Under the pieces are notes generated by a model. That model ran no database searches, was not told the DNA's origin, and saw nothing but the letters and a program-made list of their open reading frames with translations. From contig CAVYXA010000001.1 in NCBI GenBank assembly GCA_963772365.1, positions 1,376,001 to 1,440,000 on the forward strand: DNA of 64,000 bases, written 5' to 3'. This document shows positions 50,739 to 61,344 of this stretch, piece by piece (positions within the stretch are counted from its first letter, which is position 1; every line of letters begins with the position of its first letter). The position numbers and the translations under genes were made by a program. The stretch is from an uncultured Verrucomicrobiae bacterium. Its GTDB lineage: Bacteria > Verrucomicrobiota > Verrucomicrobiia > Chthoniobacterales > UBA10450.

Positions 50739-52214
50739 TCACCCATCCATCGGGCCATTATTTTGGTTAACGGCTCCATCGTGGAGACGGCTGGCATGAA
50801 CAGAACGCCGCGGAAGCGGTTTTGGCGACCGCGCCTCAACATCCGTTGCGACTGCCGAAGCTTCAACGACCTGGCTCGCTCTTTGCATGGAAGCGAGGCA
50901 AAGACCAGCCAGAACAACGGCGAACCCGAGAGTAGTTGGCTGCCCGAGCTGCCCGTTTAGCAGAGCGAAGAAGCCGCTGCTAAAGAGGAAGATTGGCATT
51001 GTCACGCCGCGTCTGAGTGCGACCAGGCTGAGATAGCCGATGTGAAACGCTAGAATCGTTCGCCAGAGAATGAATGCGAGTCCCAGAAATGGCCCGCATT
51101 CATACAGGATCCGGGTCCATTCGTTTTCCGACAGAAGAAACGCAGGACCGCCGACGAGATAGTGAGCGGCGACGTTAGTGCCGACTCCCAAACCCCATCC
51201 GGCCACAGGTAACTTATGGAGATTTGTTATACCCTCGGTGAATTCTCCGGCCACTCGACCAAACAACCCAATAACGAGGCTGGTCTCCTCCTCTTCGCCG
51301 GCGCTGGTGAACCGATCGGAAAGGATCTCAATACCTTGCTTGAATACTGGCAAACGCGCGGCAACGAAGGCGGCGACGATGGCAATCAGCAGAAAGGCCC
51401 CGATCCGATTCACGGCACTGGGTCGAAACAGGAAAATGACAAGGATCGTTGAGAATACCAATGCGACCGATAATACGCAGCCGCGGCTACCGGACACTGC
51501 CACCGCAACGACCAGAGCAACTCCGGAGAGAACCAGGAGCCACGTCTTATAACTCGCACGAGACAGAATCCCGTGATTAAGAAATGCCGCAGCCATCGAG
51601 CAATAGAAGATTGGGCCGGAGATGAATGAGAACGTGCCCGGCGGGCGTATCTTGCCGCCGCCGGCTGTCAATTGCTCGCCTTCACCGAGACCTGCTGTGC
51701 GATTGATAAAGGAATCCGGCGACGCATGAAACTGCGCCACCATGAGCAACGCAAGCGGAATCATCCCAAGCAAAATCCACCATCCAATTCGCCTGACGTC
51801 CTTTTCATCAAATACTTTTGCCATGATGAAGATGAGCGGCATGTGAAGAAAATCTGTCCGGAAACCGTACAGCGTGATGATCGCCACCCAAAGCCATGGA
51901 AGATAGCTCGCCAATAGATAAACACTGAAAGCAAGGGAGAGAATGCCGATGACGAGAAGTGAATATATGTAAGCATTGCGGGGAAAAATTCGCGCCCGCC
52001 AGGCTAGAAAATAAATGCCAAGCAATACCGGATCACGGATGACCAGGATCGGATCGGAAAAGCCTGGCACAATCCATTTTCGAAGAGCGCCTTCAGTCAT
52101 CAGCAGGAAGATGTAGAGCACGATCAAGCGACCGACCCAGCGGACCGTCTTGCTGCGATCGACCATGACCGGGGCAGGCATCGATATCGGGAGTGACTTG
52201 AGCGCTGCTCTCAT
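50739..52214 (-). CDS. Polytopic membrane protein, probable Wzy polymerase
   Basis: About 11 TMs, EGALRKW, RPPGTFSF, SGSR, GWGLG; located inside the EPS operon. Confidence 0.65.
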   Translation of the reverse strand: MRAALKSLPISMPAPVMVDRSKTVRWVGRLIVLYIFLLMTEGALRKWIVPGFSDPILVIRDPVLLGIYFLAWRARIFPRNAYIYSLLVIGILSLAFSVYLLASYLPWLWVAIITLYGFRTDFLHMPLIFIMAKVFDEKDVRRIGWWILLGMIPLALLMVAQFHASPDSFINRTAGLGEGEQLTAGGGKIRPPGTFSFISGPIFYCSMAAAFLNHGILSRASYKTWLLVLSGVALVVAVAVSGSRGCVLSVALVFSTILVIFLFRPSAVNRIGAFLLIAIVAAFVAARLPVFKQGIEILSDRFTSAGEEEETSLVIGLFGRVAGEFTEGITNLHKLPVAGWGLGVGTNVAAHYLVGGPAFLLSENEWTRILYECGPFLGLAFILWRTILAFHIGYLSLVALRRGVTMPIFLFSSGFFALLNGQLGQPTTLGFAVVLAGLCLASMQRASQVVEASAVATDVEARSPKPLPRRSVHASRLHDGAVNQNNGPMDG

Positions 52215-53491
52215 GAAGTAGACATCTTACCTGCGATCACTTCCCGTGCCATTTCCACGAGACGCTGCCGATAAATTTTCCAAGGATTAGCAGCGGCTTT
52301 TTGCTGCGCGGCAGACTTCATCGTCATCAAGCGGGCCGAATCTCCGGCCAGGATGTCGATCTTCTCAGCGATCGCTTCGGCGGAGCGAATCGGCACAATG
52401 AAACCGTCAACGCCGTTCTCGATGATGTCCGGACCGGCGGTGTGGTCGGTAGTGATAACCGGTGTTCCCTGAGCCATCGCTTCCAAGATGACCAAACCAA
52501 ATCCCTCGAATAGCGAAGGAAAAACAAGCAGGTCGTGTTCGTGCATCTCCTGCAAGACGCGATTGTGAGGGAGAGTCGGAATCCAGCGATACTTGCGAAC
52601 GGCAGCGTCCAACGGTTGGCAGTCCGATGCCGCTTTGCGGCCGAGCAATGTTAGATCGACAGAATTCTTCAGCATCCCGATCGCACTCAGGAGATACGAC
52701 AATCCTTTACGTTGGCCTAACGATCCAGCAAACAGCACTTTTAATCGGCCGGCCGGTTTCCTGATCTGAGGCGAAACCGGCACTGGCGCGCCGTATGGAA
52801 TTACATCGATTACCAACCTTTTTCCTTCCCTCACTGCCGTGCTTCGCACGTGCGTCTCTCCCGCAGGGAGGGAGGTAGAGAGAGTTAACCGCGTGTCGTG
52901 GTCAAAGTCCGCAAGCGTGTTTTTCGTGAAGGTGCTTGCCACGATCACGTGCTGGGCCAGCCCCAGTTCTTCATCTTTGCGCGCTAGTTTTTCTGCGCTG
53001 TCTTTGGTGCCGGTCAAAGTGACGGCCCATTCCGGCTCGCGTTCTTTTTCCTCGGCAAAAATGCGTTGGGCGGTTCGCCAGTAGCCTATCGGCAAATCAT
53101 ACACACGAGGGATGCCGCGCTCTGTAGCTGCCTGGAATGTCTCCAGCGCGGAATCTTCGTAAGCGTAAACGATGTCACAATGGTCGATCTTGCGAAGTCG
53201 CGCGGCCACCTTCTTGTCCAGTTGGCTGCTGACCGAATCCAAATCGAACGCGCCTGTGGTCAAACGAACAGCTTCGCGAAATGGGACCGTGTGGATCCTC
53301 GATTGAACCGAGGCCGGATAGGACCGCCGGGCCAAGAGTTGTCGAAGTTCCTTGGGCAATAAACGATGAACCAGACCATTTGTATCCCAATTCAGAGTCG
53401 TCCAGAATTCGCCCAGCATTCCGGCTTCCTCGAAGGCAATCAGCGCCTGGCGGACGAATTCGTTACCAGTGGGATGAGAAAGCAAGATCAT
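52211..53491 (-). CDS. Glycosyltransferase family 4 with an in-frame repeat-derived insert
   Basis: FAGSLGQRKG, EGFGLVILEAMAQG; extra segment RLTLSTSLPAGETHVRSTAVREGK before VIPYG. Confidence 0.9.
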   Translation of the reverse strand: MILLSHPTGNEFVRQALIAFEEAGMLGEFWTTLNWDTNGLVHRLLPKELRQLLARRSYPASVQSRIHTVPFREAVRLTTGAFDLDSVSSQLDKKVAARLRKIDHCDIVYAYEDSALETFQAATERGIPRVYDLPIGYWRTAQRIFAEEKEREPEWAVTLTGTKDSAEKLARKDEELGLAQHVIVASTFTKNTLADFDHDTRLTLSTSLPAGETHVRSTAVREGKRLVIDVIPYGAPVPVSPQIRKPAGRLKVLFAGSLGQRKGLSYLLSAIGMLKNSVDLTLLGRKAASDCQPLDAAVRKYRWIPTLPHNRVLQEMHEHDLLVFPSLFEGFGLVILEAMAQGTPVITTDHTAGPDIIENGVDGFIVPIRSAEAIAEKIDILAGDSARLMTMKSAAQQKAAANPWKIYRQRLVEMAREVIAGKMSTS

Positions 53492-53536
53492 CCAGTGTTA
53501 TTTTACAGCTCGTTCACGGCGTGATGGATGCTGGCC

Positions 53537-53685
53537 TGGGTAGCGCACGCGTCTCGCGTGCCGGCGAGCGCGTCCTCGTGATCGCGAACTTCGCTGAAAC
53601 GCCTGTCACAATCAAAATGAGCGCACAAGGAAAGACTGTTTCGGCGCGACGCCGAAACCGGCGCGCGAGACGCGCGCGCTACCCA
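53537..53685. repeat. 149-bp palindromic REPIN-like element, intergenic
   Basis: TGGGTAGCGCACGCGTCTCGCGTGCCGG ... CCGGCGCGCGAGACGCGCGCGCTACCCA. Confidence 0.82.
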
Positions 53686-53705
53686 ATCCGACGAATTTGC
53701 ATCCA

Positions 53706-54746
53706 TCATCTTTGTTCGATCAGCCCAAGGTAAGCAGAAGCGATTGCGTCCCTCCGAAATTTCGCCAGATGCGACTGGGCATTCTCGCGCAAGAATCCGA
53801 TTTTTGCCGGATCAAGAAGCAGCTCTTTCAAGCGGGCAGCGAGCGCATGTTCATCTCCATTGGGAAATATGAGCCCGCACGGTCCGATCGCTTCCTTCAA
53901 GCCGCCTTCAGCGGATCCGACGACGACGCAGCCACAGGCGATTCCTTCCAAAGCAACGATTCCGAACGGCTCGGCCCAGCGTGAGGGAACAATCAAAATC
54001 CGATGGCGATTGAGTAACTCGGCGAGCTCAGATCCAACCTGTTTACCTGCGAACGTGACTTGTCGATCCAAATTCAAGGCCTGCGTAAGCTGTCGGAGAT
54101 TCCCTTCTTCCGGGCCGCTACCAATGATACTCAGGTCCGGCTCAAGGCCATCATTCTGTAAAATCTTCATCGCTTGCAGAAGAAGATCGACACCCTTATC
54201 GGAGACCAGCCGTCCAGCGAATACGAGCGTCTTGTCGCGCGGAATGTTCGACAGCAGTCGAAACGTCTGATGATCATATGGATTGTAAATCACACGAATT
54301 GAGGATTGTAGGGCAAGCGCTCCGCCTGCCAGGGCAACTGGTGCGGCCGCCCTACAAATGTCCCCGCGAATCGCTTCGCTGATTGCGACGTTCGTCACGC
54401 GCGATAGCAATGCGCGTTTGATGCGATTGTTCCAGCCGATTTTCCCGGCGTGACTCCGAAGCCAGGTTTGATGGACGACAATGCTGCGTTTTCCAAGGAA
54501 TAGCGCCGGTATCAGACTGCGTAGGCTGATGTTATTCTGAAAAAAGAGATCGCACCAGGAAAGGAGGCCAAGCAGTTTCCTGAGGGAGGGACCTCGTGTG
54601 ATGCGGTCTTCAAAATCGCCGGGAGTCTCTGTGATCACTTCGATTTCATGGCCTGCCTTGGCGAATTGTTGGGCCAGAATCGTCGAGACCGATTCAATCC
54701 CGCCCACATCTGGTGAAAATGTGTAGGAAGAGAAAAGGATCTTCAT
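53706..54746 (-). CDS. Glycosyltransferase family 4 with an in-frame REP insert
   Basis: MKILFSS, FAGRLVSDKG, EPFGIVALEGIACG. Confidence 0.92.
   Translation of the reverse strand: MKILFSSYTFSPDVGGIESVSTILAQQFAKAGHEIEVITETPGDFEDRITRGPSLRKLLGLLSWCDLFFQNNISLRSLIPALFLGKRSIVVHQTWLRSHAGKIGWNNRIKRALLSRVTNVAISEAIRGDICRAAAPVALAGGALALQSSIRVIYNPYDHQTFRLLSNIPRDKTLVFAGRLVSDKGVDLLLQAMKILQNDGLEPDLSIIGSGPEEGNLRQLTQALNLDRQVTFAGKQVGSELAELLNRHRILIVPSRWAEPFGIVALEGIACGCVVVGSAEGGLKEAIGPCGLIFPNGDEHALAARLKELLLDPAKIGFLRENAQSHLAKFRRDAIASAYLGLIEQR
54307..54356. repeat. GTAG-type REP doublet inside a GT4 gene
   Basis: TGTAGGGCAAGCGCTCCGCCTGCC AGGGCAACTGGTGCGGCCGCCCTACA, read as CRAAAPVALAGGALALQ. Confidence 0.8.
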
Positions 54747-55699
54747 CAGGAGGCACTTGATAGTCTCAATCGCACTCGCAGGAAACGCGGAAGATAGGAG
54801 AGCAGAAGCGCAGCCATTGAGCGCCAATTGAATTGTGTCTGTAGGGATTTCAGGAAGCATTGTCGCGCCTCGTCCGCCTGGTTGAAATACAATTTGTCGC
54901 GACCCAAAAGAAAGATCGTCCCAGCCAGACTCCATTGCAGAAACGCTCTCGAGTTTGGAAACCAATTGCGGTCGAGCAGCTGCGAAAAAAAATAAACTTG
55001 ATTAGCACACCTGTCCGGACTGCGTCGGGCAGTCTCAGAACGTGAATGCACCCGGTAACGGGTGAGACGTGTGGGAACGTAGTAAAATTTCCCTCCAGAA
55101 GCAGCAAGCATACAACCGATCCAGAGATCGTACCAATTCGATACCTCGTCAGTAATCAATGACAGATCGATTGCGTCTTTTCTGAAAAGAGACGCCATTG
55201 CCATCGGCACGCTGCGTTGGACGAGTAAAATATTTTCGACGTCGGCTACATCGCCTTCCGGAAGTCTGACGCGACCGTATCGGCTAGTGTTGTGGTCTGT
55301 TTCCTCTGGATCGATGGAACCATCTTCAGAGATGATCCAATGATCGCTGAATGCGAGCACACGGCGTCGGTCCTGCTGGAGAGGCGGAACAAGTTCAGAG
55401 AGAAAATTGTTTTCCCACACGTCATCGTCATTGAGGACCGAGATGAACTCGCCGTTCGCCGCCGCGATTGCGCAGCGTACACTTGCCGCGATTCCAAGCG
55501 TGCTTGGATTTGCTCGATACTGAATCTGACTTTTTGTCGCAAAAGGCTCACAGATCGAGCGAGCTGCATCAGTGCTGGAGTCATCCGCCACGATGATCTC
55601 TCGTGGGCGGTTCGTCTGTGTGATCACGCTCTCCAGTGCTTCTCTAAGAAAATCCAACCTTTTATAAACCGTAACAATGACTGAGACACCGCTACTCAT
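54746..55699 (-). CDS. Glycosyltransferase family 2
   Basis: VSVIVTVYKR, ADDSSTD, LNDDDVW, YRVH. Confidence 0.9.
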   Translation of the reverse strand: MSSGVSVIVTVYKRLDFLREALESVITQTNRPREIIVADDSSTDAARSICEPFATKSQIQYRANPSTLGIAASVRCAIAAANGEFISVLNDDDVWENNFLSELVPPLQQDRRRVLAFSDHWIISEDGSIDPEETDHNTSRYGRVRLPEGDVADVENILLVQRSVPMAMASLFRKDAIDLSLITDEVSNWYDLWIGCMLAASGGKFYYVPTRLTRYRVHSRSETARRSPDRCANQVYFFSQLLDRNWFPNSRAFLQWSLAGTIFLLGRDKLYFNQADEARQCFLKSLQTQFNWRSMAALLLSYLPRFLRVRLRLSSAS

Positions 55700-55716
55700 A
55701 AAAAGATGTTGCCCCG

Positions 55717-56742
55717 CTACGTGTAGCCTTGCCACACACTCCGCAGCATCTGTTTCCGTTTCGCGAATTTTTGTTTCGCATTGGGATCGTGTCTCGATCT
55801 CGATGCAAGGATCGCTGCTTCAATGGCGTGGCGACCAAAAAGCAACGGCTTGAGCAATTCAGCGGATGCTCCGCGATGGCGTTTCAGAACCCGAAGGCGG
55901 CTTTTGTGGAAATCGATCACGCGATTGGCCGACCAGGCCGAGGTTTGCTGCAGATTATCGTGAAGGACGCCATCGGTGGCAACGACGGCCATTTTCCATC
56001 CGAGCTTGGCTGCGCGCCAGGCCCAATCCACATCGCTATCTGAAAACGGAAAGCTTTTTGCATCGAGCCCGGCAGTCCGCTCCCAGGCGGTGCGCCGGAT
56101 AAGAAGCGGGCTAGTAAAAACGACATCGCAAAGACGCCAGCGAATCCCTTGCGTTTCCTCCCAGGGCGAATCGTTGGGCCGAAGCAAATCCCAACGGGCA
56201 GTGAGATTTTGTCCGAGAACAAGTGAGTGATAACTCGGAAAACGCATTCCATAACCGCAAGGCTGGCCACTATGCAATCGAACGGTGAATCCGGCGGCGC
56301 CAAGCTGCGGATGCGCTTTGAGAAGTGATATTGCTTGGAGCAAAGGATCGACATCGGCGATCCAATTATCGGTTTCGTAGAGAAACAGCCATTCGCTATC
56401 TGGAAATTGGGCCAGGGCCGCTGCGCATCCGGCATTTACTCCATCGCTGAACGAATTGGGTTGCTTATTCGGGAAGCTGTCAGCTTCCCCTACAATCTCA
56501 TCTGACGCAGGGTTGAGGATGATAAGATTGTCGGCGGGATTTTGATTACGCCAGGTTTCGAGGAATTCCTTGCTCCCATCCGTTGAACCGGCGTCAAAGA
56601 CGATAATGGCCGAGCCGAATGGTGCGGTTCGCAAAGCCCGCGTGAGTGATTCGATGGCCTTTTGCAGAAGTGGCCGCCGATTGAAGGAATTGACGATCGC
56701 TACCAGCTCAATCTTTTCATTATGCGGTGCGAATTCGTTCAT
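55717..56742 (-). CDS. Glycosyltransferase family 2-like protein
   Basis: IVNSFNR, FDAGSTDG, SFSDGVNAG, SDVDW. Confidence 0.8.
   Translation of the reverse strand: MNEFAPHNEKIELVAIVNSFNRRPLLQKAIESLTRALRTAPFGSAIIVFDAGSTDGSKEFLETWRNQNPADNLIILNPASDEIVGEADSFPNKQPNSFSDGVNAGCAAALAQFPDSEWLFLYETDNWIADVDPLLQAISLLKAHPQLGAAGFTVRLHSGQPCGYGMRFPSYHSLVLGQNLTARWDLLRPNDSPWEETQGIRWRLCDVVFTSPLLIRRTAWERTAGLDAKSFPFSDSDVDWAWRAAKLGWKMAVVATDGVLHDNLQQTSAWSANRVIDFHKSRLRVLKRHRGASAELLKPLLFGRHAIEAAILASRSRHDPNAKQKFAKRKQMLRSVWQGYT
56471..56494. repeat. Single GTAG-type hairpin inside a GT2 gene
   Basis: Minus strand TGTAGGGGAAGCTGACAGCTTCCC, read as VGEADSFP. Confidence 0.65.
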
Positions 56743-56746
56743 CGAG

Positions 56747-57862
56747 CTAATTGTTCACACCAGAGTTGCTGGAATGAAGGCCGAGAGCGGATGCGATTCC
56801 GTGTGCCAGATGCGAGGAGGTCGCCTGTCGATGGTACCAGGCATAAATCTCATTCGCGATCTGTTGTCGCTCCTCCGGAAGATGGAAGCGATCAGCGAGA
56901 ATGAAATAAGGGCCAGGCAAAGCATCGTCGGCCAGGGTGATTCTTGAAGCGGCATGAGGCAAAATCGTGATGACGCCGTGAGCGCAGGCCGCCGCAAAAA
57001 CACCGGATTTCAAGAGTGCGTCACCGGGCACATTGGCGCGATGAAAATAATCGAGCCAGGCAAACGAACAGCTGGAAAGAATTTGTGATGCATCCGCGGC
57101 GGTGATTTCCGGGTGATATTCAACGCGAAGATTTGTTGTAGCGGCGCTCTGTGAGCGTCGCCATCTGCCAGATCGAGACTTGCGACGGTCACAGACCGCC
57201 GCTACAAGCATCCGCACCGCGGGATTTTCCTGGCCGGCGATCACGAAAACTTCTTCGGGCCGGATTTCCTTTGGGATTCGATCGAAAATTCCGAGAAACG
57301 AGCGCACTGATCGTTCGACCAGCAGAGTTCCGCCGCAAATGACCCATCGGTGTGTAGAGCGATTGGCAATTTGATCGGCCGAGAGCGACGGTTCGCCAAA
57401 GTTCGAGAAGACAGGATGGATTTTGATCTCCGCATCCGGCGCAAGAGCGCGAAGCTGCCGAAGTAATAGCTCACTGCTGACAATGCAGACGTCGGACGCA
57501 CCTGCGATTGTTCTGGCAATCCGCTTTTGAAGCGGCTCTAGCCAAAATGCGCTCTTCCACGGTGGGCCCGAAGCATACAACTCGTGAAAAATTGCAACCA
57601 ACCGCCCCGGGCATTTCCTGCAAAGCTTCCGCAGCATCGACGGGAGCGCGAAGGGGACGCCGCGTTTTTGATAGCCGTAATTGACGTAATGAAGAATGAT
57701 GTGCTCAAAGCCGCCGTCAGAGAACGATGTGTCGGGCGTGGTGAAGATCGTATCGTATGAAAAGATCTCCCTTAATCGTTCGGCAAGAATGGAAGCGTAA
57801 TCGCCGACACCGTCCGATGTTCCAGGCATTTTGGGGACAATCTGAAGAATCGTCCTGGTCAT
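56747..57862 (-). CDS. Putative glycosyltransferase (GT-B-like) with an in-frame REP insert
   Basis: DGVGDY, HYVNYGY, FHELYA, PVFSN, KSGVFAA; EPS operon context. Confidence 0.7.
   Translation of the reverse strand: MTRTILQIVPKMPGTSDGVGDYASILAERLREIFSYDTIFTTPDTSFSDGGFEHIILHYVNYGYQKRGVPFALPSMLRKLCRKCPGRLVAIFHELYASGPPWKSAFWLEPLQKRIARTIAGASDVCIVSSELLLRQLRALAPDAEIKIHPVFSNFGEPSLSADQIANRSTHRWVICGGTLLVERSVRSFLGIFDRIPKEIRPEEVFVIAGQENPAVRMLVAAVCDRRKSRSGRWRRSQSAATTNLRVEYHPEITAADASQILSSCSFAWLDYFHRANVPGDALLKSGVFAAACAHGVITILPHAASRITLADDALPGPYFILADRFHLPEERQQIANEIYAWYHRQATSSHLAHGIASALGLHSSNSGVNN
57136..57207. repeat. GTAG-type REP doublet (72 bp) inside a GT gene
   Basis: TTGTAGCGGCGCTCTGTGAGCGTCGC ... GCGACGGTCACAGACCGCCGCTACAA, read as LVAAVCDRRKSRSGRWRRSQSAAT. 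Confidence 0.85.
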
Positions 57863-59040
57863 TCTGAACGCCGCAACTTTTCCAGTGCGGCACGATATTT
57901 GTGGGCCGTGTCGGATGCGATCTTGTCCCAGCGAAATTCATCCGCGCGCGATCGACAGCGTGCCGCAAGCTTTTCATAATCGGCTACGGTCATGCGCAGA
58001 ATTTCTACGGCACGATCGGCAATTGCTGCCGCATCGCCGCACGGCACGAGGGATGCGGCACCGAAAGGTTGCAATATCTGACGCGGTCCAGCGACGTCAT
58101 ACGCGACAGTAGGAATCGCGCAGGCGAGCTGTTCGAGGACGGCGAGTCCGAAACCTTCGATGTAGCTGGGGAAAATTCCTACGGCGCAGGGTCTGAGAAG
58201 AACTGGCAGCTCTTTGCGATCAAACGTCGAAACGACGCGAATGTTGCTGCTGTTGTCGAGCAGAAGATCGCTCAGGACCGTTCGGCTATCGTTCATTGTC
58301 CCTAGAAAAGTGAAACGCGCATCCGGTATGGCGCTGCGAACACGAACGATAATTTTGCGCCAATCACGCGATCCTTTGCGCAATCCCCACATCCCGACAA
58401 AACAGATTTCCTTTCCTTGCAACCGAACGCCGGCAGGTTGAATCGCATTCGCCAGTGCAGTCCGCTCCATTTCGTTGAGACCGTTAGGCTCGACGATGAA
58501 TGGTTTTTCTATGACCGGGGATTCTCGGAGGAATGGAATCTCGTCACTGTTCAGCAAGTTAATCAAATCGCAGTGACGAAGAGAAGCTTCGCGATCCTGG
58601 TGAACACGATGATAAATAAACCGATAGAAAAATCGCCCAAGAAATTTCCCGCGCGGCTGATCCGGCCATTGCCGGTGACTGAAGGCGGAGAATTTGTCAT
58701 AGGCGCGATGAAGGCCGACCGATCGGGCGACTAGCAAACCATCGAAGCCCAAGCGCTTTTTTGAAAATGGCAGAGCGCCGATCAGCGCATCGATCACATC
58801 AAAGCGGGAAGCATTGTTGCGAACGAACCGCAGGGCCTGTCTCCGGAACGACATCTGGCGCAAGGCCGACAGCCAGGAGGATCCGAGTGGAGCCGGGCAG
58901 GCATCCGTCAGGCTAAATTTTTTGACCGTGTGCCCGGCAGCCTCCCATTCGTCCGCGAGATCAATCCAGACGCGGGAGGCTCCAAAACGAGGATCCCACG
59001 GAAGATCGAAGATTGAGAGAATCCGAAGCGGTTTATCCAT
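57859..59040 (-). CDS. Glycosyltransferase family 4
   Basis: RKG, FPSYIEGFGLAVLEQLAC. Confidence 0.88.
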   Translation of the reverse strand: MDKPLRILSIFDLPWDPRFGASRVWIDLADEWEAAGHTVKKFSLTDACPAPLGSSWLSALRQMSFRRQALRFVRNNASRFDVIDALIGALPFSKKRLGFDGLLVARSVGLHRAYDKFSAFSHRQWPDQPRGKFLGRFFYRFIYHRVHQDREASLRHCDLINLLNSDEIPFLRESPVIEKPFIVEPNGLNEMERTALANAIQPAGVRLQGKEICFVGMWGLRKGSRDWRKIIVRVRSAIPDARFTFLGTMNDSRTVLSDLLLDNSSNIRVVSTFDRKELPVLLRPCAVGIFPSYIEGFGLAVLEQLACAIPTVAYDVAGPRQILQPFGAASLVPCGDAAAIADRAVEILRMTVADYEKLAARCRSRADEFRWDKIASDTAHKYRAALEKLRRSE

Positions 59041-59884
59041 TTAATGTTAGCCGGGCGAAATGCGTCCAGAATTTGTGGCGCAGTGGATTGACGTAGTGCC
59101 GCATGGCAATTGGTTTTCCAGCGTAGTTATCTCGATATCGGAATTCATCGTCGCTCTGCAGGACATATTTTTCAGGATCGAACGGCTGGGCACCATTCAG
59201 ATGCATCGTCAGATGAACGATCGTCTGAGTGGTAAAAAAATTCGGAGCGCCATCAAGTTGGAGAAGTCGCTCCAGGCCCAAGGCCCAGTCGAGTTTTTGA
59301 AACAGAAGCAGAAAGCCGGCGTTCACTGGATCTTTTTTTTCGAGTGGATCGTGAATCAATCGTTCGTCGCCGGAGAAGTGACAATCGGCAAGATAAAGCG
59401 CCGGTTTTTCTCGAACTGCCGCGCGGAACACCAGATCTGATGCGCCTGAGAAAAATAGGACATCGGAATCGACGTATAACGCGGGACCATCGATCGCCAG
59501 CGACATGATCACTGCGAGCTGTTTACCCATCTCATGGTTCGCCAGGTACTGAACGATCGCTTGGGGAAGTTCGTGCGGGATCGGCACTCCTGTTTCCACT
59601 TTTATCACGGGATCAATTTTCTCAAGCAGATCGATGCTTTCTCGTGTGTGCGTTCCATCGGACACAACAATGAAGCGGTTGGGCCGTCCCGCGAACCGGA
59701 GAAAGGATCGAATCGAGGCGACTTGTTCTGGTAACGTGCCTTCATTGGAATAAGCAAAAACATCGATGTCGATCTTGCGAGGCGATTCGATCCTGCGGCG
59801 AACAATCGATGGTAGGATGGATTGATAGAATCGACGTGTTATCCGCCCTTCCAAACGAGCGAGGTGATAGGGGTAATTGATCAT
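59033..59884 (-). CDS. Putative nucleotide-diphospho-sugar transferase (GT-A, GT8-like)
   Basis: LYVDSDVLFF DxD motif, VNAGFLL, EPS operon context. Confidence 0.65.
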   Translation of the reverse strand: MINYPYHLARLEGRITRRFYQSILPSIVRRRIESPRKIDIDVFAYSNEGTLPEQVASIRSFLRFAGRPNRFIVVSDGTHTRESIDLLEKIDPVIKVETGVPIPHELPQAIVQYLANHEMGKQLAVIMSLAIDGPALYVDSDVLFFSGASDLVFRAAVREKPALYLADCHFSGDERLIHDPLEKKDPVNAGFLLLFQKLDWALGLERLLQLDGAPNFFTTQTIVHLTMHLNGAQPFDPEKYVLQSDDEFRYRDNYAGKPIAMRHYVNPLRHKFWTHFARLTLNG

Positions 59885-61204
59885 TGCGGCGCCGGCTCAG
59901 TCCACGAGCGGAAACCGCGATAACTGAGGAATGCATTCACGAGCAGACTCGGGAAACCGGAAACGAGATTAAAGGTCAGAACCCCGGCCACGCTCGAGAA
60001 ATCGGTGAAAGGAATCAGAGCGATTTGCGTTGCGAGTGTAAGAGGAATGTAAAGCCATGCGCCCTTGACCCAGGCTTTCGACGCGTTCAGCGACCACAAC
60101 GCTCCCGCCATTGCCGAAATGACCGTGCCACCAACCATCAACAGCAATTCGCGCTCGAGATGTGCGTATTTGTTACCGAGAACAAGCAGGAATTCTCTTG
60201 GGAAAAAATCGGCACCGGCCAGGATCACAATACAAAATGCCCCGACTCCACCAATGATGCCGAGGTAAAGCAGACCCAGTTTTCGCTTTTCCTGAGCGCG
60301 CGCAAAAGCGGGCACAAAGATGTTCGTGAGCAAATTGCTGAGGACCGCAAATATCATGGCGAGCCGGCCGAGAGCGCCGACTTCAGCGACAGATATCGCG
60401 CGCTGGGCAAAAACGCTGATGAGAAAAACGGTGATGTGTCCCTGGAGCGCGTAGAAAATCGCGTTTGGAGCGAGATGCTTTGTCAGCCGTAGAATTTCTT
60501 GTCGATCCTCCGGGTTTTGTGACGCGCGGAGATCGATTGCCCGCGCCGCATAATTGCGAAGCATCGCATACTGTAAAAATAATGCGGCTGAGCCGACCGC
60601 GACAGCGACCCCGGCGTTGAGAAAAAAATAGGCGAGCGCGAGGAAGTACGAAAAAGCGAGCGATCGCGCCAGTGAAATCGATTTGCTGGATACGCTTGAT
60701 ATCGGAGCGAAGCCGGGGAACAACGGTGAACACGCCGAGCGACAATTGAACCAGAAGTCCAGCCAGGACGAGGACGATCAGGATCGTTGAATAAAAAAGC
60801 GAGGCGCCATTTCGAGCCAACAAGAAATAAGCGAACGGAGCGACGACGATCACGGCAATGGCACCAAACGTTTTCCGAAGCTGCAGCGCAGCGTTGATCA
60901 ACTGTCCGAAGCGATGTCGATCCTGCCACACGCGCCCACCGATGGAGATCAAGCCAACGCTGATGCCAATATCGGCCAGCAGATTCATCGTGCCCTGGAT
61001 CGTGTTGGCGATCGTGTAGTAGGCGTATTGACGCTGCTCCAAGGTGCGGACAATCAGGATCCCGCTGCCAAAACCGATGATCTGCACGAGTCCCTGGACG
61101 ATCGCAAAATTGCCTACAATTTTGACACGTTGAAGCGCCCATCGAAAAGCTGGCGACGATGTCTCCCCTGATGCTGGTGAGGAAATAGGGCCAAACAAAT
61201 TCAT
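59881..61204 (-). CDS. Polysaccharide flippase, Wzx-like (frameshift near 60650)
   Basis: Two overlapping hydrophobic ORFs (60383..61204 and 59881..60723) together give about 12 TMs. Confidence 0.75.
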
Positions 61205-61344
61205 GGCGCAATCATTTGCTCAAGAGAGCAATGAGCGGGCAAAGTGCCAACAAGAATTGTGACCGCCGGTATAAGGAGAGACACCGGCTGTTATTGTCCC
61301 GCTGTCATGTTGAAGCGATCGCGTAAATCGCCAGCGTGATTTAC

